A stretch of 64,000 nt of DNA from Acidimicrobiales bacterium (GCA_035649535.1 DASRJI010000101.1:1994-65993); one strand, 5' to 3'; counted from the stretch's first letter, positions 18,979-28,322 are shown. Program-made: numbers and translations. Notes: generated by a model not told the origin, from the letters alone.

Positions 18979-20907
18979 GTGGACGACTTAGAGACCGAGC
19001 AGGCGTATGTGGACTGGGCGTATGAGTGTCTCGACGCCATGCGGAAGCGCACGGAGTCGCTCGAGCTGGCGGCGGGCAACGAGGTCAGCGAGCAGGACAT
19101 CAAGCTGCTCATGGCCCGACGGCTCGCATCGATGAACCTGGGTTTGCGGCCGTTGGTGTTCGGCCGCATCGACGAGGAGGCGGGCGAGGTCTGGTACGTC
19201 GGCCGCCGCCACATCGAGGATGCCAACGCCGACCCGGTGATCATCGAGTGGCGGGCGCCGGTCGCCCTGCCGTACTACCGGGCCAGCGTGGCCGATCCGA
19301 TGGCCCTCATCCGTCGGCGCCAGTTCGTCGCTGACGCCAAGCGCCTCTTGTCCATGGCTGATGATGTTTTCTCAAAGGAAGGCGAAGGCGGAGACGGAGC
19401 CGACCGGGGGATACAGGTCCGAGTACGCGGCCTCGACGCGCTGCTCGTCGAGTTGGAGCGCAGCCGCACCGGCGAGATGCTCGACATCGTCTCGACGATC
19501 CAGGTCGAGCAGGACGAGGTGATCCGCTCCGAACAGCGGGGCGTTCTCGCCGTGCAGGGCGGGCCGGGAACCGGCAAGACGGCCGTGGGCCTGCACCGCG
19601 CCGCGTTCCTGCTCTACGGCAACGACGTACTGAGCCGGGCTGGAGTGCTCGTCGTCGGGCCCAACCGAACCTTCCTCCGGTACATCGAGCACGTGCTGCC
19701 GTCGCTGGGCGAGGAGGCGGTGCTGCAAGTCACGCTGGCCGACCTCGTCCCCAACGCCCGAGTGGGCGCGGTCGATGACCCGGCGACGCAACGCGAGAAG
19801 GGTGACGCCCGCATGGCGACCGTGCTGGCCGACGCCCTCAGCAAACTGCGGCGACCCCTTGTCGACGGCATCGAAGCGCGCGCCGGCGTGCGGACGGTCC
19901 GGTTGTCGGCCGCCGACGCCAATGCGCTGGCCGCACAGGTCGCCGAGCGGCGCATGCCCTATGCGAGTGGTCGGTCGACGTTGCGCGAGCTACTGATCAA
20001 GACGATGTTCGAACGATCCACCGCGAGCGACCCGCAGGCGTTCGCGTCGCTCGTGCGCCGCGAGAAGTCATTCGTCGCCGCCCTCGACCAGTTGTGGCCG
20101 TCGGTCACCGCCGCGGCGCTCGTGCGCGACGCGCTGGGCCAGACCCGCTCGCACAAGTGGACCGACGCCGACCTGGCGTTGCTCGACGAGGCGCAAGCCC
20201 TCATCCACGGAGCCGGCCGCACCTACGGCCACGTCGTCGTCGACGAGGCGCAGGACCTCTCGCCGATGCAGTGGCGCATGCTCGGCCGCCGGTGCCCGAG
20301 CGGTTCGATGACGATCCTCGGCGACATCGCCCAGGGCATCGGCGTGTGGGCGATCGACCGATGGGACGAGGCGTTCGCGCACCTGCCGACGCCCGACGGC
20401 ACGCGCATCGAGGAGCTGCACCTCGGCTATCGCTCGCCTGCGCAAGTGCTCGACCTGGCGGCGCGCCTCCTCCCCGAAGCAGCGCCACAGGTCCGGCCCA
20501 CCGAGTCGGTCCGGCGAGGCCGCACCGAACCGGTAACGATCGTGGCCGAAGACCTGGCCGCGGCCGCCGTGGCCGAAGCGCGCCGGTTGCTCGAGGGCAA
20601 CGGCACGATCGCCGTCATCGCCGCCACCTCCATGATCGACGAGCTGACCAAAGCGCTGACCAATTCCGGTTTGCCCTTCGGTGAGCCCGTCGGCTCCGGA
20701 GACAGAGCACAGCTCGGGGATCCCGTCTCGCTGCACGCGGCGCCGGCGGTGAAAGGCCTCGAGTTCGACGCGGTGATCGTTGTCGAGCCCGCGGCCATCG
20801 TCACCGACGCGCCCCGAGGCCTACGGCTGCTCTACGTCACCCTCACTCGACCCACGCGCCACCTCACGATTGTCCATAGAGCGCCAATGCCTCAGGCAAT
20901 GTCGTGA
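18979..20907 (+). CDS. helD: HelD-like UvrD/Rep superfamily-1 helicase (RNA polymerase-associated)
   Basis: Walker A GGPGTGKT, Walker B VVVDEAQDLSPMQ, LGYRSP, and C-terminal KGLEFDAVIVVEP. The N-terminal coiled region is typical of HelD. Confidence 0.8.
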   Translation: MDDLETEQAYVDWAYECLDAMRKRTESLELAAGNEVSEQDIKLLMARRLASMNLGLRPLVFGRIDEEAGEVWYVGRRHIEDANADPVIIEWRAPVALPYYRASVADPMALIRRRQFVADAKRLLSMADDVFSKEGEGGDGADRGIQVRVRGLDALLVELERSRTGEMLDIVSTIQVEQDEVIRSEQRGVLAVQGGPGTGKTAVGLHRAAFLLYGNDVLSRAGVLVVGPNRTFLRYIEHVLPSLGEEAVLQVTLADLVPNARVGAVDDPATQREKGDARMATVLADALSKLRRPLVDGIEARAGVRTVRLSAADANALAAQVAERRMPYASGRSTLRELLIKTMFERSTASDPQAFASLVRREKSFVAALDQLWPSVTAAALVRDALGQTRSHKWTDADLALLDEAQALIHGAGRTYGHVVVDEAQDLSPMQWRMLGRRCPSGSMTILGDIAQGIGVWAIDRWDEAFAHLPTPDGTRIEELHLGYRSPAQVLDLAARLLPEAAPQVRPTESVRRGRTEPVTIVAEDLAAAAVAEARRLLEGNGTIAVIAATSMIDELTKALTNSGLPFGEPVGSGDRAQLGDPVSLHAAPAVKGLEFDAVIVVEPAAIVTDAPRGLRLLYVTLTRPTRHLTIVHRAPMPQAMS

Positions 20908-21508
20908 CGAGGACGCCGGGTTCGCCGGCGACGGCCGTGAGCCACTCGGGCCGGCCGCGGGCGGCCACGGCGATCGGCTCCGGGAGCTCCGATGACTGGG
21001 TGGCTTGCCGAACGAACGCGGTGGCGTAGTCGGGCGGACGAACGTCCTGCGCGAGCTCGACAAGCGCGAACGGATCAGGCGGAACCACGCGCGCTGGCGC
21101 GGGCAGCACCACGAAGGGCGACCCTGGGGTAGGTCCGCCCCCGGCCAGGCCGGGACCGTCGCCGAGGATCGTTCCGTGCACGATGTCGGCCCGCGCGCCG
21201 GCGACGAGCAGGGCGACGTAGGCGCCGAGGCCGCGGCCGTAGACAGTTGCCGGGCCGAGGTGGGCAAGGGCGGCGTCGACGTCGCCCATCAGCAGCTCGG
21301 CGTAGTAGCCACCGCCGGCGGGCATCGACGACGCGCCGTGGCCGGTGAAGTCCAAGCCGTAGATCGGACCGGGCCAACCCTCGACCGTTGCCGGGACGTC
21401 GGCCGGTGTCCGCTCGCCCAGCCCGTGCAACAACAACAAGGCGCGACCGTCGCCTTCGCGCAACGCGTGGAGGCCGAGCGCTATCCGTCCGTGGGTTAAC
21501 GCAATCAC
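20864..21508 (-). CDS. alpha/beta-hydrolase-fold protein lacking the nucleophile serine
   Basis: It has an LLLLHGLGE oxyanion region, but the nucleophile elbow reads G-R-G-L-G. GTGA overlap with the upstream hydrolase gene. Confidence 0.6.
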   Translation of the reverse strand: MIALTHGRIALGLHALREGDGRALLLLHGLGERTPADVPATVEGWPGPIYGLDFTGHGASSMPAGGGYYAELLMGDVDAALAHLGPATVYGRGLGAYVALLVAGARADIVHGTILGDGPGLAGGGPTPGSPFVVLPAPARVVPPDPFALVELAQDVRPPDYATAFVRQATQSSELPEPIAVAARGRPEWLTAVAGEPGVLVTTLPEALALYGQS

Positions 21509-22401
21509 GCGAGGAACTCGAGGGTGAGGTCGGCCGTGCGCTCGGGTTGTTCGATGTGGATGAAGTGGCCCGTGTCAGCGAAGGGGACCAGGCGCGCACC
21601 GGCTGGGAGGTAGGGCTCGATCATGGTGGGCGTCGCGCCCCAGCCCATCGGCTCTTGCTCGGTCCCCATGATCCCGAGCATCGGGGCGCCGAGCCCCGGG
21701 AGCCGGTCCAGCGACCAGCTCGGCCGCCACGGCCCGAACCCGCCCGGTCGCATGGCCGGATCGATCTTCCACCGCCACCCGTCGGGGTCCTCGCGCCCGC
21801 CGATCGTCACGAGGTAGCGGAGCCAGTCCATCGGCAGCCGCGGGTTCATCCGGCGCCGACGCGCCGCCAAGCCATCGAGCGTGTCGGGCTTGCGCTGGTT
21901 GCCCGCGACTCGGCGCCGGTGGTCGAGCCAGCCGCTGATCTCGCGCGCAAGGAGGCGCGTGCGCTCGTGGTCGGCAATGTCGGGATGGATGTGCGGTGAC
22001 GGCAGTCCGTCGATCAGGACGAGCTTGCTGACGCGGTGCGGGCAGGACTCGGCGAGTTGCAGCATGAGCCCGCCGCCCTTCGAGTGGCCGATGAACGGAA
22101 TCGGCGTATCGGCGACGGTGTCGAGAACGGCGAGCGCGTCGCGGACGTCGGCCGACCACGAGTACATCGCCGCGTGCTCAGAGTCGCCGCAACCGCGGTG
22201 GTCCCACGCGACGACTCGCCAGCCCGCGGCGGCGAGCAGCGGTGCGAACACGTCGAACGTCCCGGCGAAATCGAATCCGCCGTGGGCGAGCAGCAACGGT
22301 GGCGCGGCTTCGGCGCCCCACTCGTATGTCGCGATCGCCAGGCCGTGCGCGTCCACGGTGCGCGTCCTGTCCGGGCGACGGGCGCCCGGGTAGCTGATCA
22401 C
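21505..22401 (-). CDS. alpha/beta hydrolase
   Basis: LLLAHGGFD and an intact GHSKGGG elbow. The GTG at 22401 overlaps the cupredoxin stop (GTGA). Confidence 0.8.
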   Translation of the reverse strand: MISYPGARRPDRTRTVDAHGLAIATYEWGAEAAPPLLLAHGGFDFAGTFDVFAPLLAAAGWRVVAWDHRGCGDSEHAAMYSWSADVRDALAVLDTVADTPIPFIGHSKGGGLMLQLAESCPHRVSKLVLIDGLPSPHIHPDIADHERTRLLAREISGWLDHRRRVAGNQRKPDTLDGLAARRRRMNPRLPMDWLRYLVTIGGREDPDGWRWKIDPAMRPGGFGPWRPSWSLDRLPGLGAPMLGIMGTEQEPMGWGATPTMIEPYLPAGARLVPFADTGHFIHIEQPERTADLTLEFLA

Positions 22402-22850
22402 TTGACGGTGAGGTCGCCCTTCATCGTCGGATGCACGTCGCACGTGTAGTCGTACGTGCCCGCCTTGTCGACGCGAAGCGTGACGGTGTCCTTCTCGGGG
22501 CCGTTCTTCGGATCCGTCTTCACTTCCTTGGGCGTGAAGAAGTGGATGTTGTGCGGGACGGCCGCATCCTGGTTGTCGAAGACGACCTCAACGTCGACGT
22601 TGGCGGGGATCGTGAGCTTCTCCGGGGAGAACGCGATGTTCTTGGCCACGACCGTGAAGTGCGTCTTCATGGCCTCGCTCGACGTCGTCATAGCGCCGCC
22701 GCCGGTCGTCGTGGACGTGGATGCCCGCGTTGTGGTGGTCGTGGAGGGTGTCGTCTTGTCGGCGCCCCGCGCCTGATCGTCACCTCCGCACGCGCTGAGT
22801 AACAGCGCCGCGGTGGCGACGGCAACGGGTAGCAGCCTACGGATGGGCAC
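22398..22850 (-). CDS. cupredoxin (amicyanin/pseudoazurin-like) lipoprotein
   Basis: It has an LLSACGGDD lipobox. The Cu ligands are VPHNIHF ... YDYTCDVHPTMKG. Confidence 0.8.
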   Translation of the reverse strand: MPIRRLLPVAVATAALLLSACGGDDQARGADKTTPSTTTTTRASTSTTTGGGAMTTSSEAMKTHFTVVAKNIAFSPEKLTIPANVDVEVVFDNQDAAVPHNIHFFTPKEVKTDPKNGPEKDTVTLRVDKAGTYDYTCDVHPTMKGDLTVK

Positions 22851-22991
22851 GTGTTCTTCCTCCGGCGATTCCTGTGGACCTCCCTTCCTACCGCAACCCC
22901 GCGGTTTGGCGGTAATTACGACCGCCGGATGAGCCCCGAATCCGCCCTCAAGACGACGCCGAAATCGCGCCCGCGTCGTTACGCTGCACCC

Positions 22992-23627
22992 ATGACGGCC
23001 CCGGCGCGCCCAACCGAGCGCCTGCCCGCGAGCCCGTCGTCACTCAATACCCGCGTGCTCGGCGGGCTCCTCTTGGTGTTTGGCTCGGGCTGGATGCTCA
23101 AGGAGGCCGGCGTCCTCGACATTCCGTGGTCGGCCGTGTTCTCGATCGTCCTCGTAGCACTGGGCCTGGCCCTCCTCGTGACCGCACGCAGCCGCGTGCG
23201 CACGATCCCGCTGGTTGTGCTCGGGGCCATCCTGACCGCCGGCCTCGCTGTCGGCTCGGCCAACATCGGCATCACCGGCGGCGTGGGCGAGCGCGTGCTG
23301 CGGCCGGTAACGCTGACCCGCTCCCCGCACTACCGGCTCGGCATCGGCGAGCTACAGGTCGACCTCCGACGGGCGGCGATCGGCGAGGGCGACACCCGCA
23401 TCACCGCCGACGTCGGCGTTGGCCACCTCTCGGTGCGGGTGCCGGAAGGACTCGCCGTGCGGGTCGAGGTCGACACGAATATGGGCAACGCGGTGGTGTT
23501 CGGCGACCGACTCGATGTCCATGGCAAGGCCGGCGACTCGACCGAGACCGAGGGCTACCGGGACGCGTCGCGGCGTTTGCTCCTGGTGCTTCACGTTGGC
23601 GTCGGCCAGATCGATGTGACGACGTGA
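22992..23627 (+). CDS. LiaF-like (DUF2154) cell-wall-stress membrane protein
   Basis: It has N-terminal TM helices and a C-terminal beta-rich region (GELQVDLRR ... GVGHLSVRVPEGLAVRVEVDTNMGN ... GVGQIDV). It lies immediately upstream of a HisKA_3 kinase. Confidence 0.65.
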   Translation: MTAPARPTERLPASPSSLNTRVLGGLLLVFGSGWMLKEAGVLDIPWSAVFSIVLVALGLALLVTARSRVRTIPLVVLGAILTAGLAVGSANIGITGGVGERVLRPVTLTRSPHYRLGIGELQVDLRRAAIGEGDTRITADVGVGHLSVRVPEGLAVRVEVDTNMGNAVVFGDRLDVHGKAGDSTETEGYRDASRRLLLVLHVGVGQIDVTT

Positions 23628-24559
23628 CGACCACCACGACCAGCACGTATGAGTACGGCCGGCTTCGGTTCACCGCCGGCGTGATGTACACCGCGGCCGG
23701 CGTCACGTTTCTGCTTCAGAGCCTCGGCGCGTGGACCGTCAACTTGGTGTTCCTCTGGCCGCTCGCCCTCATCGCCTTCGGTACCTCGGTGCTGCTCGGA
23801 AGGGCCAAGCGCATCCAGGTCGAGGAGACGAGGACCGGCCAGCTGACCATCGCCGAGGAACGCGTGCGTATTGCGCGCGAGTTGCATGACATCGTCGCTC
23901 ACAGCGTGACCCTGATGACCGTCCAGGTCGCCGCGGCGCGCCGCGTGGCCAAGGCCAAGCCCGAGGAGGCCGAGCACGCCCTGGCGTCGGCCGAGGAAAC
24001 CGGGCGGCAAAGCCTCGTCGAGCTTCGCCGTCTGCTCGCGATCCTGCGGTCGGCCGACGCGTCGATCGAGGCGGCCAGCCCACGCGACTCGGCGGTGGCC
24101 AACGGCGACGGCACGGCGGTCGCCGACCCGCTGCCGGGACTCGTCGATCTCGACCGGCTGATCGAGGGGTTCCGCGACGCCGGGTTGAGCGTGGAGTTCG
24201 AGGTAACCGGCGAGCAGCCGCCGACGTCGGCCAGCGTCGGTCTGGCGATCTACCGCGTGGTGCAGGAGTCGCTCACCAACGTGGTGCGCCACGCCGGCGC
24301 CGCCAAAGCCAAGGTATCCCTGCTCTACGCGCCCGACGCGATCAACGTATGGGTCGAGGACAACGGCAGGAAGCTGAGCGGGCCGGCGGCGCGGGCCGCG
24401 GGCCGGCCGACGGAGGGACACGGATTGGTGGGTATGCGCGAACGCATCGTGGCGGCAGGTGGAGTGCTCGATGCGGGGCCGAAGTCCGAGGGCGCCGGGT
24501 GGCAAGTGCACGCGCGCGTTCCCGTCAGCGAGCACCTGCGCGCCGTAGGGGAAGCGTGA
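23624..24559 (+). CDS. sensor histidine kinase, NarL/LiaS type (HisKA_3 + HATPase_c)
   Basis: GTGA overlap with the previous gene. It has two TM helices, the H-box RIARELHDIVAHSV, and the N/G boxes SLTNVVRHAG and GHGLVGMRER. Confidence 0.85.
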   Translation: MTTTTTSTYEYGRLRFTAGVMYTAAGVTFLLQSLGAWTVNLVFLWPLALIAFGTSVLLGRAKRIQVEETRTGQLTIAEERVRIARELHDIVAHSVTLMTVQVAAARRVAKAKPEEAEHALASAEETGRQSLVELRRLLAILRSADASIEAASPRDSAVANGDGTAVADPLPGLVDLDRLIEGFRDAGLSVEFEVTGEQPPTSASVGLAIYRVVQESLTNVVRHAGAAKAKVSLLYAPDAINVWVEDNGRKLSGPAARAAGRPTEGHGLVGMRERIVAAGGVLDAGPKSEGAGWQVHARVPVSEHLRAVGEA

Positions 24560-24587
24560 GCGCAGCGGCAGTACGCGGAGCGAACCA

Positions 24588-25253
24588 ATGACACAGAGCG
24601 ACAAGATCCGCGTGCTCGTGGTCGACGATCAGGCCCTGATCCGCTCGGGCTTCCGCCTGATCCTCGACTCCGAAGACGACATCCTCGTCGTGGGCGAAGC
24701 GGGCGACGGCGAAGTTGCCATCACCGAAGCGGCGCGCCTCAAGCCCGATGTCGTGTTGATGGACGTGCGCATGCCCCGCCTCGACGGCGTGGAGGCTACG
24801 CGCCAGCTCGCGGCGATCGGCGACACGCGCGTGCTCATCCTCACCACCTTCGACCTCGACGAATACCTCTTCGAAGCGGTGCGGGCGGGTGCGTCGGGCT
24901 TCCTGTTGAAGGACGTTCCGCCCGACGACCTCGTCGCCGCGGTACGCGCTGTCGCGCGCGGCGAGGCCCTGATCGAGCCGCGGATGACCCGGCGGCTGCT
25001 GGCCGAGTTCGCCCGCCAACCGAGGACGGTGGCCGGCCGTACGCCCGACGCGCTGGGCGACCTCACCCCGCGCGAGCTCGAAGTCTTCAACGCGATCGCC
25101 CGCGGGCTGTCGAACGCCGAGATCGGCGAGTCGCTCTACATCAGCGAGACCACGGTCAAGTCCCACGTCGGCCACATCCTGATGAAGCTCAACCTGCGGG
25201 ACCGCATCCAGGCGGTGGTGCTCGCCTACGAATCGGGGCTCCTACCCAAGTAG
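24588..25253 (+). CDS. response regulator, NarL/LuxR family
   Basis: Receiver domain (VLVVDDQ, DVVLMDVRMP) plus a LuxR helix-turn-helix (LTPRELEVFNAIARGLSNAEI). Confidence 0.9.
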   Translation: MTQSDKIRVLVVDDQALIRSGFRLILDSEDDILVVGEAGDGEVAITEAARLKPDVVLMDVRMPRLDGVEATRQLAAIGDTRVLILTTFDLDEYLFEAVRAGASGFLLKDVPPDDLVAAVRAVARGEALIEPRMTRRLLAEFARQPRTVAGRTPDALGDLTPRELEVFNAIARGLSNAEIGESLYISETTVKSHVGHILMKLNLRDRIQAVVLAYESGLLPK

Positions 25254-25305
25254 GAGGCACGAATCGTCGGTCGAGCCGACGACAAGCGGGGACGCAGTCC
25301 GTACC

Positions 25306-26397
25306 GTGCGTCTGGTGACTTGGGACGATGACGACGGGGCGCCGACACGTGTCAGGTCCAATGCCCCGCATTTCCCGATGTTCCCAGTGCTGCTGATTGC
25401 CATCGGCACTGCTGCGCTGTTCCACCACTTCAGCCTGTTCACGCTCGTCCTCGGCCTGTTCCTGCTGTCGCGCAGTCGGGCGACCGGCGGCTACGGCACG
25501 CTCATCGTCGGTGCGGTCCTCACCGGATCGGGCGCCGGGCACTTCGTCGGCGACGTCGTCACTTCCGGCGCCAGCGACGCCATGGGCAACTTCGGGACGG
25601 CGGCCGGGTTCTTCTGGCTGGCCAACAACGACCGCCCGCGCTCGAACTGGGCGCTCATCCCGGCGGCGATCATCGGCCTCATCGGCGTCGGCTCGCTGGG
25701 CCTGCACGTCAACGAACTCGTCAACGGTGGCGCCGGCAGTTGGGTCCTCCCGGCCGGCGTCGTGGTCGCCGGCATCCTGCTCCTCGGCGCGCACCGCATG
25801 CCCGGTCCGCTGCGCTTGATCGGGCTGGTGTTCGTTGCCGCCACCGCGATGTCGCTCGTGACCAGCCAGTCGCCCAACGACGGCCGGCGCGGCGAGCGGG
25901 GCGATCGTGGCCGAGTGATCTCGACGGCACCGGCGGCGTCGCGTGCGCTGCCGGTGCTCTTGGACAAGAAGGTGTCGATAACGAGCAACAACGGTCCGAT
26001 CATCGTGGACGCCGCCGAGGACGGGAACGGCACAGTCTCGGGTGCGAGCATCAAGGAGACCGAAGGCGGCATCACGCTCGTGCCGACGAACTCGAACACG
26101 CCGGTCACCGTGAAGGTGCCCGCGGGTACGCGGCTGAAGCTCACGACCACCAACGGGCCGATCACGGTGCGGATGCCGGTGGCCGACCTCGACGCGTCGA
26201 GCCAGAACGGTCCGATCACCGTGTTGGTGGCCGGTGACGCGACCATCGAGGCCACAACCCGAAACGGCGCGATCGATGTCGACGGTCGCGGCGAGGACGG
26301 CGCCTACGCGCACAGCGGCGACGACCCCGGTCACATCGAGTTGCACACGGTGAATGGGCCCATCGTGCTCACCCACAAAGAACTGGTGCGGCGCTAG
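25306..26397 (+). CDS. membrane protein with DUF4097-type (LiaG-like) beta-helical domain
   Basis: It has about 5 N-terminal TM segments followed by repeated NGPI(T/I)V units (NGPIIVD, NGPITVR, NGPITVL, NGAIDVD, NGPIVL). Confidence 0.65.
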   Translation: MRLVTWDDDDGAPTRVRSNAPHFPMFPVLLIAIGTAALFHHFSLFTLVLGLFLLSRSRATGGYGTLIVGAVLTGSGAGHFVGDVVTSGASDAMGNFGTAAGFFWLANNDRPRSNWALIPAAIIGLIGVGSLGLHVNELVNGGAGSWVLPAGVVVAGILLLGAHRMPGPLRLIGLVFVAATAMSLVTSQSPNDGRRGERGDRGRVISTAPAASRALPVLLDKKVSITSNNGPIIVDAAEDGNGTVSGASIKETEGGITLVPTNSNTPVTVKVPAGTRLKLTTTNGPITVRMPVADLDASSQNGPITVLVAGDATIEATTRNGAIDVDGRGEDGAYAHSGDDPGHIELHTVNGPIVLTHKELVRR

Positions 26398-26440
26398 CAG
26401 CGATGCTGCGCCATTGGCGACCGAACGCGCCCATCTGGCG

Positions 26441-27019
26441 TTAGGGGGCAGCCACCGCGCTGAGTGCGACGAGCGCGGCTGCGGCTGCTTCCCGGTGATC
26501 TTTCTGCCATGGCGGCCCGATCGATTTGCCGGCCTCCGCGACCGACGTCGCGACGTTGACGCCGAGTAGCTGCGACGCGTGGTCAAACAACCTCCCGGTG
26601 GCCGGCACGGTCGTCACCGGCAGCCCGGCGCGCGCCGCTCCCTCGATGATCGCTTGCTCGTACAGGTCGCGGTCTGCCGCGTGCAGCAGCGCGTGCTTCG
26701 CGAGGATCCGCGGTAGTTCCGGGAGTTGACGGGTCCCGCCGACAACACCGACCGCGGCGACGCCGCCGAGAGACGAAACCAACGCTCGGATCGTCGTCAC
26801 TGCAACAGCCGTCGCCGCCTCCTCGACCGACTTGATGAGCGCAGGAGCCTCGTCGAGGGGAACTGCGACCGCCGCGTGATACGGCTCGCGCAACGACGCG
26901 TCGGCGACCAACGTGAACGCTTCGCGGTGGACGACCACAGGTGACGAGGCGAGCCCGCTGACAGCCACGACGAGAGCCGACGAGTGGCGGACCCGCCACC
27001 CGAGACCGATCGCCGTCAC
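26441..27019 (-). CDS. hypothetical protein (192 aa), coupled to the upstream APH-like gene
   Basis: Clean ORF with a 4-nt overlap with the upstream gene. I recognise no motif in it. Confidence 0.5.
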   Translation of the reverse strand: MTAIGLGWRVRHSSALVVAVSGLASSPVVVHREAFTLVADASLREPYHAAVAVPLDEAPALIKSVEEAATAVAVTTIRALVSSLGGVAAVGVVGGTRQLPELPRILAKHALLHAADRDLYEQAIIEGAARAGLPVTTVPATGRLFDHASQLLGVNVATSVAEAGKSIGPPWQKDHREAAAAALVALSAVAAP

Positions 27020-28107
27020 GCTCCCGCTCCTCTCCCTGCCGTGCGCTGCTGGCGGCGCACTGCAGCTCGCGTTACTTCGGCGGTGATGCGGGTGTTCTCG
27101 GGATCGCTGAACCTACGCACGTTCTCGCCAGGAGCGCGACCGTTCGCGAGGTTGCGTCGATAGTCGAAGGCGTCGAGGTAAAGCGGGCGGATGTACATCA
27201 CTTCCTCGAGGCGCTCGAGTTCCTCGTCGGTCAGTTCGACGTGGCGGCAATACGCCTCGACGGCAGGATCGATCCCCTCTGCGTCGCCCCAGCTCACGCG
27301 CATGAGCCAGGCGAAGTCGGCGAGGCGAGGCCCGCGTCCCGACGAGGTCCAGTTGAACGCGACCGCGCCGTGCTCGGTTCGCAATACGTGGTCGGGCGCG
27401 TGGGGGAGGTTGCCGTGCAGCAGCGCCTCCGGTAGGCCGTCGCCGTAATCGGCGGCGCGCACCTTGTCGCGGAGCTGCTCGAACTCTTCGCGACGATTAA
27501 CGGGCACCTTGGTGTCGACTGCGTCAAGACACGCAAGCGCCGCGAGCAGGTCCTGGCGAGGGGCGCCCTCGTGGCTGGGGTCGATGCTCTGGGCGCCGCC
27601 CGGCCGGGTGACCGTGTCATCCAACGGCAGCGCGTGAAGGCGGCCGAGAAGGTCGGCCATGACCGCCATGTTGTCGGTGAACGCCGGGATGTGCTCGCCG
27701 TGGATGAACTCGGTGACGAGGACGGCGCTCCCGTCGACGTCCGATACCGCGTCGTCAACCGCCAACCGCTCAGCGGGATAGTCGTGACGCGCCAGGAACC
27801 GCAGCATCGCGGCATCACCTTCGGCACCGGCCCGCGGCCGTGCAGGTGGGAACGCCCGCGCGATCCACGCGTCGCCGTCGTTCCTGTCGATGCGGAACAC
27901 GTCCGCGCGGTGCACGCTGACCTGCGTCGCAGTCACCGCATCAATGCCGTAGCGATCCCGCAGGTGCGCGAGCAACCGCTCGGCGACGGGCTGGTGGAAC
28001 ATGCGGGCCGCGAGACCCTCGAGATCTGTCAGCGCCTCGGTGTAGCGCTGACCGGTCTGCTCCGCATGGCGGCGCACGACCTTCTTGAAACTGCCGTCCT
28101 TGGTCAT
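27016..28107 (-). CDS. APH-fold phosphotransferase-like protein, predicted catalytically inactive
   Basis: A GGAGG ribosome-binding site lies 7 nt before the ATG at 28107. The fold is APH-like, but the catalytic loop reads HGNLPHAPDH and the metal-binding position reads FNW (Asp to Asn at both sites). Confidence 0.7.
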   Translation of the reverse strand: MTKDGSFKKVVRRHAEQTGQRYTEALTDLEGLAARMFHQPVAERLLAHLRDRYGIDAVTATQVSVHRADVFRIDRNDGDAWIARAFPPARPRAGAEGDAAMLRFLARHDYPAERLAVDDAVSDVDGSAVLVTEFIHGEHIPAFTDNMAVMADLLGRLHALPLDDTVTRPGGAQSIDPSHEGAPRQDLLAALACLDAVDTKVPVNRREEFEQLRDKVRAADYGDGLPEALLHGNLPHAPDHVLRTEHGAVAFNWTSSGRGPRLADFAWLMRVSWGDAEGIDPAVEAYCRHVELTDEELERLEEVMYIRPLYLDAFDYRRNLANGRAPGENVRRFSDPENTRITAEVTRAAVRRQQRTAGRGAGA

Positions 28108-28322
28108 GGACAAGCCTCCTCGTGACACCCTCGCCCCCCAGCGACGCGGTGTTTTGAGATGGCCTGTGACATTGGCAACCGAGAGGGCATATCCCCTTCG
28201 CCAATGGAACCCCGACTGGGGCGGAATGTCCCACGGCTCGGCGACCGGCCGTCGCCGGACGCGACTTTCACCGGAACCCCACGAGCTTGTCAAGCAATCG
28301 CCAAACAACGCGACTGGCGGCG

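Noticed and set aside
18979-20907. The HelD-like helicase as part of a phage-defence island.
   Set aside because: Its neighbours are housekeeping-type genes (an aldo/keto reductase, hydrolases and an Opu transporter). No nuclease, methylase or other defence-associated partner is adjacent. The motifs fit the RNA polymerase recycling factor HelD.
28108-28322. TTGACA-like -35 element (reverse complement of about 28286-28291) with a weak TGAAAG -10, as a promoter for the pseudokinase operon.
   Set aside because: The -10 hexamer is a poor match to TANNNT. No call is possible without transcription start data.
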